Positions 1-11,975 of a stretch of DNA of 64,000 nt are shown one piece after another. Made by a program: the position numbers and the translations under genes. Below the pieces are notes generated by a model, which was not told the DNA's origin, searched no databases, and saw only the letters and a program-made list of their open reading frames with translations. The DNA comes from Mobula hypostoma. Lineage: Eukaryota. The stretch's first letter is position 1. The number at the start of each line of letters is the position of its first letter. The stretch covers positions 32,676,001 through 32,740,000 of the forward strand of contig NC_086108.1 of assembly GCF_963921235.1 (NCBI RefSeq), given 5' to 3'.

Positions 1-301
1 TTGTTTGACTTTAATAACCGTGTATCTTTTGGCATTACTGTCTATGCAATGCGAATAGCAGTGGGTTCGTGTTGTGTTTTTCAGTTGAAAAGCCTGCATT
101 TGACGCTGATTGCGGGATTGGTGCATGATTCACGTTGTCCGCTGTTGCTCAGATGCTCTGTTTGTTTTTTTTGTTTATGCTCCATGTCACCCAGGTTGTC
201 TCCGATGCCGTTGACACTGTAACAGTTCACTTCTATGTTAGATCTATCAATTGCTGTTGCTTGTGAATCAACAGAGGCATTTATAGTAGGCACATAATGC
301 T

Positions 302-696
302 GCCCCACCACCGCCTCATACCCCATCCGTTATTTATTTATATACAAACATTCTTTCTCTCTGTCTCCTTTTTCTCCCTCTGTCCCTCTGACTATACCCC
401 TTGCCCATCCTCTGGGTTTTTCCCCCCTCCCCCTTGTCTTTCTCCCTGGGCCTCCTGTCCCATGATCCTCTCATATCCCCTTTGCCTATCACCTGTCCAG
501 CTCTTGTCTCCATCCCTCCCCCTCCTGTCTTCTCCTATCATTTTGGATCTCCCCCTCCCCCGCCCACTTTCAAATCTCTTACTAGCTCTTCTTTCAGTTA
601 GTCCTGACGAAGGGTCTCGGCCCGAAACGTCGACTGTACCTCTTCCTAGAGATGCTGCCTGGTCTGCTGCGTTCACCAGCAACTTTTATGTGTGTT
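302..696 (+). mobile_element. Non-autonomous Penelope-like (PLE) 3' fragment with hammerhead motif
   Basis: Near-identical to the 3' non-coding part of the GIY-YIG element at 43620-45299; flanked by 10-bp direct repeat ACATAATGCT (292-301, 697-706). Confidence 0.85.
600..635 (+). ncRNA. Minimal type-I hammerhead ribozyme motif
   Basis: AGTC-CTGACGA-AGGGTCTCGGCCC-GAAA-CGTC-GACT: stem I AGTC/GACT, core CUGANGA and GAAA, short stem II, palindromic ACGT in place of stem III, GUC cleavage triplet. Confidence 0.75.
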
Positions 697-829
697 ACAT
701 AATGCTTGAAACTGACTTTTTAACGCCTCATGTCTGGCCTTGCGAATACATATTACAATACAGTGCATCCCTCAGCACCATCACTGAATCATTTTGCCCC
801 TCCGTAGCACCAGCAAGAAAAAATCTCTG

Positions 830-987
830 GCGCTGCCACTGGTTTCCTCCCACAGTCCAAAGATGTACTGGTTGGCAGGTTAATTGCTCAGTGTAAATTG
901 TCCCGTGATTAAGCTAGGATTAAGTTGGGGGATTGCTGGGTAGTGCCGGTCAAAGCCTAATCTGTGCGGTATCTCAATAAATAAATA
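830..987 (+). mobile_element. V-SINE/HE1-like SINE, 3' part
   Basis: GGTTTCCTCCCACAGTCCAAAGATGT V-domain-like core and (AAAT)n tail; related copies at 4888-5160 and 14575-14810. Confidence 0.65.
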
Positions 988-3984
988 TTACACAGCACAG
1001 CATGAACTCTTTTTAGGGTTGATGACAAATTCCAAGTGGTTACACCAAGCTAATGGAAATGTTGGGCTCTTTTTGGTTTTAATTTTTGTTGAGTATTGTC
1101 CATGGTTGTTAAATAATAATAATGGATAAAATGTGGGGGTTCCTGTTACTAGCTGGTACACATTCTGTGTGACAACACTCACTACCACCCAAACCCCATA
1201 TGGATCAAACTCTAGGTTAAGTCTGCACAATGGCATTAATTATTTCCAATCAGCATGTCTGTCAGAAATGTGTCTAATTATCACCTGTTTTTAAAATCAT
1301 CAGACAAGAAGTATGTCCTTCGGAAACACAAACCCCTCCAGGATGACAGCTCTGGAAATTGTGACCTAACCTTTGCTCTGACTGCGAGATCCAGCAGTTC
1401 ATGTTTACTAAGCCTCTAACCCTGGTCTTTCCCTATACCAGGAAAAAAAAAGCATTTATATTTGTTTTTCCTGTTCTTATTCTAAATGCCTGCTTAATTT
1501 GCTGTTTTAGACAATACACTGTGTTAGCCCTTCATGTGAAAATAAAATCCAGCCATCATCTTTATTTTTCATTGTTCTATTCATTAACAATACATGTGCA
1601 ATGTTACCTGTGAGATTCTATTTCCATAATGTTAAATCAGACTTTGTATCCAAGTTCCCTTGAAGATTGAGATTAACATAGAATTAGTGACAGTGGATGG
1701 CTGATGGTCAGTACAGAATCGATGGGCCAAAGGGCTTGTCTCTATGCCAACTTGGAGCAATGACATTCCTCAGTTATTTACTGGAACACTAACTGTCCAT
1801 TTCCCTCTCATAGATGCTGTTTGACGAGCTGAGATCTTCCAGTGTTTAATATATTGGTGCTCGAGTGTCATTGGGGTCATAAACTGGAAACACTATAATA
1901 TTCTAAGCAACAGCTGTTCATTCAGTCAAACAATACATATTCCAAAGTGAAGACATTAAAGCTATAATGTTACCTTTCTTTAGTAAAAGCAAATATCTAC
2001 GTGGGTGGCATCATTTTCTGCTGATGAAGATGGACATTTAGACTTCAGCTGAGCACAGGAATTTGGTTTACTGGCAGATAGTCTCCATTGTGGTCTGGGC
2101 AAATAAATTTAGGATTCAACCTTCACTTAATCAAGAAATTTTACTTTACTTGCTTTACCAGACACTTTAGAACAGTTTTGGTATCGGGCAGCACTAGGTA
2201 TGAAATTTAATAGGTGTGTGAGAGTAGGCTCCCAGTTCTCTCAATGAACGGCTCATTCCTTGAGAGAACCACATTAAGTCACTGTATTTTTAAATTTAAA
2301 ATAAGAATCGAAGCAGTGATTTAAAACAATCTCCCAATTGCTCTTCTTAAATTTCAGCAATATTTTGGTTCTTTTGTATAATCAAACTAATTTATAACTA
2401 TAGGAAAAATAGCTCTGGCAGGAATTGAAGTTGATGTAACAAAGTTTGGCTTTGTGTATTCATTCTTAATCATGGCAAGTAAATAAAACATGGTTAGCGC
2501 AACTAATACAGATGTTTTTTTGGAATTTGCATAAATAGTACGGCAGCATCTTCAGATTAGTTTATACATCAGACTGCAATGAAAATTCTTGCTTGTGTGG
2601 AGCTTCTTAATTCCTTGCAGTTTTCCCTGGAAGTGAAAATTGTGCCGAATCCAATGCATATCTCTGAGAGATTGTAACTGACTAAATCACTCAGATGTCA
2701 GCTGATGCCATCAAATGACAGTTGACAAAAGAAAATCTTCTGTGTCCACTGTTAATAAATGCTGGAATCCTACAATATTAACTAGTTCAACGTGTTCAGT
2801 GTAAAACCTTGAAGTACACTTAGCTTGATGGTCTATCAATGAGTAATTTTTGTTCCCATTTATTTTATATACAGTTGGAGGGAGCACAAATTCTTAAACA
2901 TGTTACCATCAAAGGCATTTCCTGACAGATAGGCAGAGCGAGCTTATAATTGCCCTGCTCTGCTGCCAAGTGTTAAACTTGCATTGAGTCACTGTGCCAC
3001 CAGCCGTGATGTCGACAGAGCAGGTAGGTCATGATGTTAATCATCACAGCCTGTAACTAATGTACTCTCTTAATCACATGTGGCTGACGATACATTTGGC
3101 ACAGGAGGAATGTCATCTAACTGACCCATCCCCATGCTGGCTGGTAAACTGTTGGAGGGAATCAATGAACCTGTCAGATATTTGGATGAATGTCAAGCGC
3201 AGTGAGGATTTTAGAACCGGCAAATATTTTGGCAGCAAGAAAGATGGGGTGTTCAGTGTTTGAAAGGTGCAATAAAGTCAGGACTGGCAGCAAATTGGGG
3301 AGTTGGTTTGTGAAGAGCCGGGGAATTGAAACACGAGGGAACTGGCCCAGAGGAGTTCAGCTGAGATCAGCCGTGATCATATTGAATGATGGGGCTGGCA
3401 GGTTTGAGGGGTCAGGTAGCTTAATCCACCTCCTAGTGTTTTTGTGCAGATCGGCAGTGGGTAGAAAAACGAGAAGCAGTCAGGCTTGAGATCAGAGGAA
3501 AGTCGAGATTGTTGGTTAGAGTGAACCATGGTGAAGGATCCAGATTGAAGATGGCATCACCTTACAGACCTCCCAGCTGTTGCATTCCAATGATCAAGCT
3601 ATCCTGGAGTGTTCAACAACAGAGAACCCCCAAGCCAACCTGATCCAAGCTCCAAGCTATACTCCAGAGGGAAAAGGTGGGAAGGAGGGTGAATTTGTCC
3701 CATGTGTTTCATAGCTGGAAATCTCATTGGATGCACAAGTGTGCCTCACTTTGGGAAATGCCTGCTCATATTTTTTTCCCAAGTAACACACTATAATCCT
3801 GGAAATGGACGTCTCTGTGTGTTGGTCAGAAGCAAGACATATACAAAAGAGAGCTGGATGCAAGTATATCATAATCAGTTTAATATTGTTGGCATATGTT
3901 ATGAAATTTGTTGTTTCCAGCAGCAGTACAGAACAATACATAATAAAAACTCTATAAATTACAATAAGATATATTTATTTATAT

Positions 3985-4660
3985 TAGATTAGATTAGATT
4001 ATGAGGACACTCAGTCCTCATTTATTGTCATTTAGAATTGCATGTATTAAAAAATGATACAATGTTCCTCCAGAATAATATCACAAGAAAACACAGGACA
4101 AACCAAGACTAAAACTGACAAAACCACATAATTATAACATATAGTTACAACAATGCAAAGCAATACCATAATTTGATAAAGAGCAGACCATGGGCACGGT
4201 TAAAAAAAAAGTCTCAAAGTCCCGATCGACTCATCATCTCATGCAGGTGTAGAAGGGAGAAACTCTCCCTGCCATAAACCTCCAAGCACCGACAACTTGC
4301 CAAAGCATTGGAAGCACCCGACCGCAGCCGACTCTGAGTCCGTCCGAAAACTTCCTCTGACCAGCCCATCCAACACAGCCTCTCTGAACACCATCCTCTG
4401 CCAAGTGCTTTGACCCCGCCCCAGCCACTGAGCAACACGCAAAGTCGAGGACTCGGGGCCTTCTCCTCCCGAGATTCTGGACCATACAGTAGCAGCTACA
4501 GTGAAGCAGGCATTTCAGAAATTTCTCCAGCTGTTCCTCCATGCTCTCACATTTGTCTCTATCAAATCAGGATTGTGCACGGCACCCTACTTGACAAATA
4601 ACAGATATCACCACCAGAGTGGCCGCTGTGAGCTGCGTCGCGCCACCATTTTCTCCTCCC
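3985..4660 (-). mobile_element. Non-autonomous retroposon with (TCTAA)n tail inserted in a Rex1-type 3' end
   Basis: TTAGATTAGATTAGATT tail at ~3985-4001; GC-rich 5' end GGAGAAAATGGTGGCGCGACG on the minus strand; no ORF. Confidence 0.5.
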
Positions 4661-4674
4661 ACCTGATAGTAAGG

Positions 4675-7600
4675 CAGAAAAGAGAGCAAAAATAGTGTGA
4701 AAGTGTTCAAGGGTTTGTTCAGAAATCTGATGGTGGAGGGGAAGAGGCTGTTCCTAAAGCATTGAGTGTGTGTATTCAGGCTCTTGTACCTTCTCCCTGA
4801 TGGTAGCAGTGAGAAGAGGGCATTTCCTGGGTGATGTGGATGCATAATGATGGATGCTGCCTTTTTGAGGCATCGCCTTTTGAAGATTTTATTCACTTAG
4901 CGATACAGTTTGGAATTGGTCCTTCTGGCCCTTTGAGCAGTGCCGCCCCTATTTAACCCGAACCTAATCACAGGACAATTTATAAATGACCAATTAACCG
5001 ACCCGGTATGTCTTTGGACTGTGGGAAGACACTGGAGCACTGGGTGAAAACCCATGCATTCCATGCGAAGGACATAGAGTCTCCTTATAGAGGATGCTGG
5101 GATTGAACTCCAAACTCCCACATCCCAAGATGTAAATGCATCGTGCTAACCACTATGCCATCACGGTGACCTCGATGTCCTCAATGCTGTGGAGGCTGGG
5201 GCCCATGATGGAGCTGCCTGTGCTTGCAACCTTCTGCAGCTTTTTTTGATTACGTGCAGTGGCCCCTGGATACCAGATGGTGATACAACCATTTATCTCC
5301 ATTGTACACGTGTAGAAACTTTTCTGCAGTCTTTGGTGACACACCACATCTCCTCAATCTCCTAATGAAAGATAGCTGTTGTCATGTCTTCTTCGTATTT
5401 GCATCGATGTATTAGGTCCAGGATAGACCTTCAGCAACGTTGGCACCCAGGAACTTGAAACTGCTCACCCTTTCCGTTGCTGATCCAATGAGGACCGGTA
5501 TGTGTTCCCTTGACTGCTCCTTCCTGAAGTCCACAATCATTTCCTTGGTCTTACCGATGTTGAGTGCGAGGCTGTTGTTGCAAAACCGTCCAACCAGCTG
5601 ATCTATCCCACTCCTGAGCACTTCACCGCCATCTCACAACAACCGTTACACTTTTGGCAGATTGATAGATGGCATTTGGACTGTGCCTAGGCACACATTC
5701 ATGGGTTGGAGACAGTAGAGCTGTGGGTTAAGCACGCATCTTTTGCGGCGTCCTGGTATTTATGGTCAGCAAGGAGGAGATGCTTCTTCCGATCTGCACT
5801 GACTGTGGTCTCCGGGAGAAGGTCAAGGATCCAGTTGCAGTGGGAGGTACAGAAGCCCAGGTTTTGAAGCTTGTTGAATAGTACTGAAGGCCTAATGGTG
5901 TTGATCACTGAGCTGTAGTCAGTAAACAGCAGCCTGACATAGGTATTGCTATTGTCCAGATGATGCAAGGCTGAGAGAAGCGCCAGTCAGATTGCATCCA
6001 CTGTAGATCTACTGGGTGATAGGCAAATTGCAGTGGGTCCAGGTCCTTGCTTAGGCAGGAGTTGATTCTGGCCATGACCAACATTTCAAAGCACCTGATC
6101 ACCATAGCTGTGAGTGCCACTGAACAATAGTCATTGAGGCAGCTCACTCTGCTCTTCTTGGGCACTGGTATGATTGTCACCCTTTTGAAACAGGTGATGG
6201 GAACCTCCAGCTGCAGCAGGGAGAGACAGAAAATGTCCTTGAACTTTTCTGCCAGTAGGCTGGCACATATTTTGAGTGCTCTACAAAGTTTCACCTGCTT
6301 GAACGATGTCCTGATGTTGGCCTCTGAGACAGAGGTCTCAGAGCGGCCAGATGCTGCAGGGATTTGCACAGTTTAGATTTATTCACCCCTTCAAAGTATG
6401 CATAAAAGGCAATGAGCTCATCTGGAAGTGAAGCATCACAGAATTTCATGATGTTGGGTTTTGCCTTGTAGTAAGTAATGCCAGAGCTGGCATGCATCCA
6501 ATTCAGTCTCTAACTTCAATGGGAGTTGTTTTACCTCTCTTAAAATAGCCTTCGTATGGTGTACCTGGACTTCTTGCAGAGTTCTAGATCACTGGTCTTG
6601 ATCACCATAGGTCTAGACCTCAGCAACTGCAAATCTCCTGGGTTTTTTTTACTGAACTGAATTGAATTGATTTTATTATTTACATCCTTCATATACATGG
6701 AGTAAAAATCTTTACATTACGTGTCTGTCTAAATGTGCAATTTATAGTAATTTATGATAAATATTACGTACAACAGGATAGTCAATATAACAGAAGTACA
6801 GTTGCTGTGGTACCATTTTCTGGATGGTAGCAGCTGGTTCGGTGACTTGAGTCCCCAATGATCTTTCAGGCCCTTTTTACACACCAGTCTTTGTGCATGT
6901 CCTAAATCCACGGCTTTTGGTTTGGGTATGTCTGGTATGTTCTCAGAGGTACACACTGATCCCCACAGGTTTTGATGAAGTCAGTGACAACTGTAGCGTA
7001 TTCACTCAGAGTCAAAGATGAATCACTGAATATTGTCTGGTCTGCCGATTCGAAGCAGCCCTGCAATTGCTACTTTGCTTCCCTTCATCATACCGCTGTC
7101 GTCCTCACCGCTAGTGCTGTGGTCTTCACTCTCTGCCTGTAAGCCAAAAGTAGGAGTACAGCCAGATAATCGGACTTGTCAATGTACAGGCAGGTGATAG
7201 CAGGTAACTGTTCTTGATGGTGATAAAACAATGGTCAAGTGTGTTGGCTCCTCTGGTTCCACAGGTGATATGTTGGTGGTAGTTATTCAGAGACTTCTTC
7301 AAGCTGGCCTGGTTAAAATCCTCTGCAGCGACAGGGAAGGCATCGGGGTACATTGTTTCATGGCTGCTGATCACAGTGCTCAGCTCCTCCAGAGCAGGCC
7401 TGATGTTGCCCAGGGGTGGAATATACACTGCTACCAGGATGACAGTAGGAAACTCACTTGGCAGATAAAATGAATGACACTTGGCTGCTAGATGTTCCAG
7501 GTCTGGTGAGCAGAACTGAGATAGCACCGGGTCTGTGCACCACAATGAGTTAAACATGAAACACAGTCCACCCTCTCTACCTTTAAGAGTCTCTCCAATC

Positions 7601-7900
7601 TGTGCATGCAGTGAATGGTGAAGCCCTCGGGCTACAGCACTGCATCTGAAATGGTAGGAGCAAGCCATGTTTCCATGAGGCAAAGTACACAGCAGTCCCT
7701 GATGCCATTCAGTTACTGCAATCTTGCTCTAAAGTCTTCAGTTTTAATTTCCAGAGCAAAATGCAAGGGGATAGGGGTCTTAATCCTCCGTGTGTCAATC
7801 TTACTTGCAGCCCAGCATGCTTTCTGCATTTCCGTTTTCTTACAGGGAAACAGCACTGGTGACCTGAGTCTACAGTCCAGGGTCCGTCAATTTCGAGGAT
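4675..7900 (-). mobile_element. Rex1/Babar LINE, decayed (APE endonuclease + RT)
   Basis: ORF fragments GGLCFMFNSLWC..SPDLEHL..FYLPSEF..VAVYIPP (EN); [52 protein letters not shown] (RT); LFSLLPSGRRYKSL C-terminus; multiple stops and frameshifts. Confidence 0.85.
4888..5160 (-). mobile_element. tRNA-derived V-SINE-like SINE inserted in Rex1
   Basis: Minus strand shows B-box-like GGAGTTCAATCCC and V-domain TTCCCACAGTCCAAAGACAT. Confidence 0.65.
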
Positions 7901-8279
7901 TAACAGATTTTTTTAACTTATTAAAACAATGTTACTAACTGATGTACCCAAAGCTGTGAGTGTGAATTTTGTAACACGAACGGTTCTAAAGAAAAGTCCT
8001 TATCTACACCCATTGTCATATAGATATCACGCCGTAAAGCATCTTCCATTTGTTTTACTGATGATAGGATACAAAGGATAATTAAAGTAATTAATGGTTA
8101 TTTTTAAGTTGAAGATATGATCAATACACGTACTCACCATCCAACAAAGTGATTAAATCAGTAAAAGAGAAATACTTTACCTGCGGAATAACGTAGTACG
8201 TAAACCAATTGTAAAGATATCACTTCAGGTACGAAAACAATGTTGATATTGAATCCAAAAGCGTAACAAATTCAAATAA

Positions 8280-8707
8280 GAGAAAACCCGCAGATGCTGG
8301 AAATCCACGCAACACACACAGAATGCTGGAGGAACTCAGCAGGCCAGGCAACATCGATGGAAAAAAGTACAGTCGATGCTTCCGACCAAGACCCTTCGGT
8401 AGGACTGGAGAAAAAAAAGGTGAGGGGTAGCGTTAAAGGTGGGGGAGAGGAGGGAGAAACACAAGTGATCGGTGAAACCGGGAGGGGAGGGGAGGGGTGA
8501 AGTAAAGAGCTGGGAAGTTGATTGGTGAAAGAGATACAGGGCTGGAGAAGTAGGAGTCTGACAGAGGACGGAAAGCCATGGAAGCAAGAAGGGAGCAGCA
8601 GCGGCGGAGGAGATAAGGCGAGAGGGGGAAAGGGGATGAGGAATGGTGAAGGGGCGGGCGGTGCCATTATCGGAAACTCAAGAAATCGATGTTCATGCCA
8701 TCAGGTT
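8280..8707 (-). mobile_element. PLE 3' fragment (end of GIY-YIG coding region, degraded hammerhead)
   Basis: GATGTTCATGCCATCAGGTT matches the end of the GIY-YIG ORF at ~44033-44051; same tail. Confidence 0.75.
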
Positions 8708-8849
8708 CGATTGCTTATAAAATACATAATCCTGAAGCTTCAAACGTTGAAACTATTAACAAACGAAATCTTTGCATAATACACTTGCTGTGGGAAAGAT
8801 TTAGCTCCATTCTTCACTAGTAGTATGACCTCAAAGATGCGGATTTTTT

Positions 8850-9290
8850 CCAGTGGTGTTATATAATTATCCACAAGAAATCACAGCGAGTGTGAATGCA
8901 GTCCAGTCTATCAGACAAACCAGCCACCCCTCCACTGACTCAGTGTACACCACCCACTGCCTCAGGAAAGCGACTGACATGGTCAAGGATCCCTGCCGTC
9001 CCGCCATTCTCTCTTTCCCCCTCTCCCGTCAGGCAGAGGGTACACAACCTTGAGATCACCTGCCATCAAACTCTAGGACAGCTTTTATTTCATTCTTATC
9101 AGATCCTTGAAAAATACTAACTCGATCTCCCTTTCTTTGTACTTTACTTGTCGACCTGCAGTCTCTCTGTATCACGATATTGTTTTCCTATTACTAACTG
9201 GAAGTCGTGGTCTGTCGGCGTTGCACACAGCGGTTTATCGCTGTGTCTCAGTACATGCCACAGTAATAAAACCATCCACTAATTTTTTGA
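8850..9290 (+). mobile_element. Rex1-type LINE 3' fragment
   Basis: AQSI..DSVYTTHCLRKATDMVKDP..ILSFPLS resembles the Rex1 RT C-terminus. Confidence 0.6.
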
Positions 9291-9333
9291 TTTACTATTT
9301 TCAGGAGTTTTGTGGCGGATATCAGATTCTCCT

Positions 9334-9436
9334 AACAACATACATCAAAGTTGCTGGTGAACGCAGCAGGCCAAGCAGCATCTATAGGACGAGGTGCAGT
9401 TGACGTTTCAGGCCGAGACCCTTGGTCAGGACTAAC
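9334..9436 (-). mobile_element. 103-bp PLE mini-insertion (hammerhead motif + tail only)
   Basis: Flanked by 12-bp TSD TCAGATTCTCCT (9322-9333, 9437-9448); sequence matches the PLE terminus. Confidence 0.85.
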
Positions 9437-9849
9437 TCAGATTCTCCTTCTAGTTTTCACTGTCCAGTTTCACTTCCTCATTCTCTTGCAAATCTTTAAT
9501 CTCAGGGCAATTTCTGCAGTTGGAACGCTTGCTGCGAAGAGTGCAAGTCCATTCCCAACACTGACCAAATGACAGGCAGTGGCCAGAGTTTGTTCCGGTC
9601 CCAGTAGGTGGACGCGGTCTGGACTGCTTCCGCCCCACTTGATAGCCAGTCTGATCCAAGAATCAGAGACTTAAATGGAAACCGTTCATCTTGCTAGTGG
9701 CTATCAGGGTGCCTTCATGAGCTAGTCCCACTTACCTGCATCTGGCCCCACATCCCGCCGAACCTTTCGGACCCATGCACCTATCCAATGTCTTTTAAAT
9801 GTCTGATTCCCTCTAATGGCCAAGTTTTGGATGGAACCAGACGGGTCAT

Positions 9850-10480
9850 TGCGGCCCGGTCAACCTCGGGCGGGTGTGGAGATTATCGTCCAATGTGGGC
9901 CCATCTGGGGAATCGGGAATCTGACCAGGTTAAGACTGGTCTGCGTCGGACCTCGATTTAAATCACCAGTTACTCAGAGGTACTGAGTCACCAGCTCTTG
10001 AGCGGGACAACAGCCCACGACCTAGACTTCCCCGGCAGAATTAATAAAATTCAAATTCAAATTGGCCAGAGCGGCGGCTGGTTCTTCAAAGACCGGGGGG
10101 GGGAGGGGTGGGAGGCACACCTTGGTTATGGGTAATACTTTTCCGGGAGTTTTGAAATTGCTGAGTTAGAGAAAGTAGAGCAGGGTTGTCTAAAACAAAT
10201 AGTGGTCGCATTCCAAAACAGGTTGAAAAGAACATTCGGTTCAACTTCACCATTCCGTGTGATGTACTCACCCGTTCAATCACAGTTCACAACCTCGGCT
10301 GCCAGCGCAACTCACTGCAAGGACGAGCCAACGCCGCTCTCTTGACACAGTGGTGTAAAGCTGCAGCGAATCGGATATGATCCTTGCCCGGTTAGTGAGT
10401 GAGTGAGTGTTTGGTTGTACTTTCACCCTCTAAGGTGGGGTAGCTCCCAAGTGCGTATGGGTTGGTACATTCACTGGTGT
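9850..10480. promoter_or_regulatory. Candidate CpG-enriched promoter / first-exon region
   Basis: Non-repeat CpG enrichment; TTTGAA/TTCAAA (CHR-like) x4, ATTGG at 10061, TTTCCGGGAG..TTTGAA at 10140-10156; minus-strand donor GG|GTGAGT at 10266-10271. Confidence 0.35.
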
Positions 10481-11064
10481 GTACGTGAGGCAAAGTCAGT
10501 GGGTGGAATTGATGGAATCTTTGGAAAGAAAAAATGAGATTAGTGGCAACAACTCAGTTGCACGGTTCAACTACTGATTTGCCTTATTATTGAATTAAAC
10601 GTCTTAATTTTGAATTATAAGGGAAAAAAACTGCCCTTTCCAAATGCTACCCAACCCCCTTTCTAATCTACTGGTCACTAGTTTGTGTTGAGCTACTAAC
10701 ACAGTTTTATTGTTTGAGATAGGAGACACTTCCTTTTCCAACTGACTTACATTTAAAATTCTGTTCTCTGGTTAATAGATTCTGAAATGTACAAGATTAT
10801 ACTACAGTGAAAATTAAAAGTTCAAATAATAAAATGTACTGTATGGCAAACTTTGCATGTTTAATTCTCAATGCATAATCTTGTATATTTCAGAATATAA
10901 ATTGCTTTTAGAGTAGGCCCAACTGGTCTATACGAACCAAAGATGAGCGCATAATCTAGTCTTGTTTACCTTTATTTGCCCATTTCCCTCTAAAACTTGA
11001 TTATCAGTGTAAATTTTATTACTGTATCTGACAATGATTTCCTCTGTTGGCTCATTCTATATAC

Positions 11065-11897
11065 TGTGACGCCAAACCAAGTTATTGGACGATTGATGCT
11101 AATGAGAGAGATAAGAGAGACAATGGAGAAACATTCAAAATGTTAATAAGAGAGGAGAGAGGGATTAACAGAAAAGAAACACAATTCAGAATATTGACAG
11201 ACTGGCTGCTTTGAACCTGAACTGTTTGTAGTTTGATGGACAGCTGATACCCCAGCAGGAGGTACCCCAACAGGGGGATAAAAAGATACCCCAGCAGGGG
11301 GATAAAAAGAGCAGGTTTGCTAAGGCACGGGACACCACGAGACCACCAGACAACGAGACCCTGGAAAGAGCGGTGTGCCCCCACAAGTGGTGGGAGTTTG
11401 GAGGTCTAGTTTGCGGGAACCGACCATAGGCTCACAGGGTGTAAAGATACGATCGGTGGGAACCTGGTGTGTGTGTCCGCCCTTGCCTGGGTGCCGGGTT
11501 CACTGCGGAAGAACGATCGTATCTGGAACAGAGGGGTCACAGTCAGTGACCACAGCGAGATAGAAGACATCAAAGGTCTGCCTGAACCAAATTGCATCCC
11601 CCCCCCCAACGGTACAACAGCGATTACTGCGAACTGCACTAAGCTGAAATGAACTCTGCATCACTTGAGACTGATCATTTTACCCCTAGACTGCGATAGA
11701 GCTTGGTTGATTCCTATTACCCTAGTTCTGTGTATAGGTGTGTATTATCATTGCTAACCTGTTACATTTATATCTTTACGATTAGAGCACTGTATTATTT
11801 GTTTCTTTAATAAAACTTTATTAGTTCCTAGTAGTCCAGACTCCAACGAGTGTTCCATTTCTGCTGGTTTGTCAACCCAGTTATGGGCTACGTAACA
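11065..11897 (+). mobile_element. Solo LTR
   Basis: TG...CA ends (TGTGACG...CGTAACA), 4-bp TSD ATAC, TATA-like GATAAAAAG, AATAAA near the 3' end. Confidence 0.85.
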
Positions 11898-11975
11898 ATA
11901 CTAACCACCCTCTCAGTGAAAATGACTTTGCCCCTCAGAACCCTTTAAAAATTTTCCTCTCTCACTTAAACCTAT

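Noticed and set aside
81..326. 81-aa minus-strand ORF in partly unique sequence
   Set aside because: Its start lies inside the PLE insert; removing the insert leaves a nearby in-frame stop; no recognisable domain
297..896. 199-aa Pro/Leu/Ser-rich ORF and its look-alikes (18984-19688, 19830-20306, 44912-45247)
   Set aside because: Translations of the pyrimidine-rich PLE 3' UTR, not a gene family
1974..2094. AG...GTAAC-bounded exon-like segment on the minus strand
   Set aside because: Stops in all three frames; cannot be called coding
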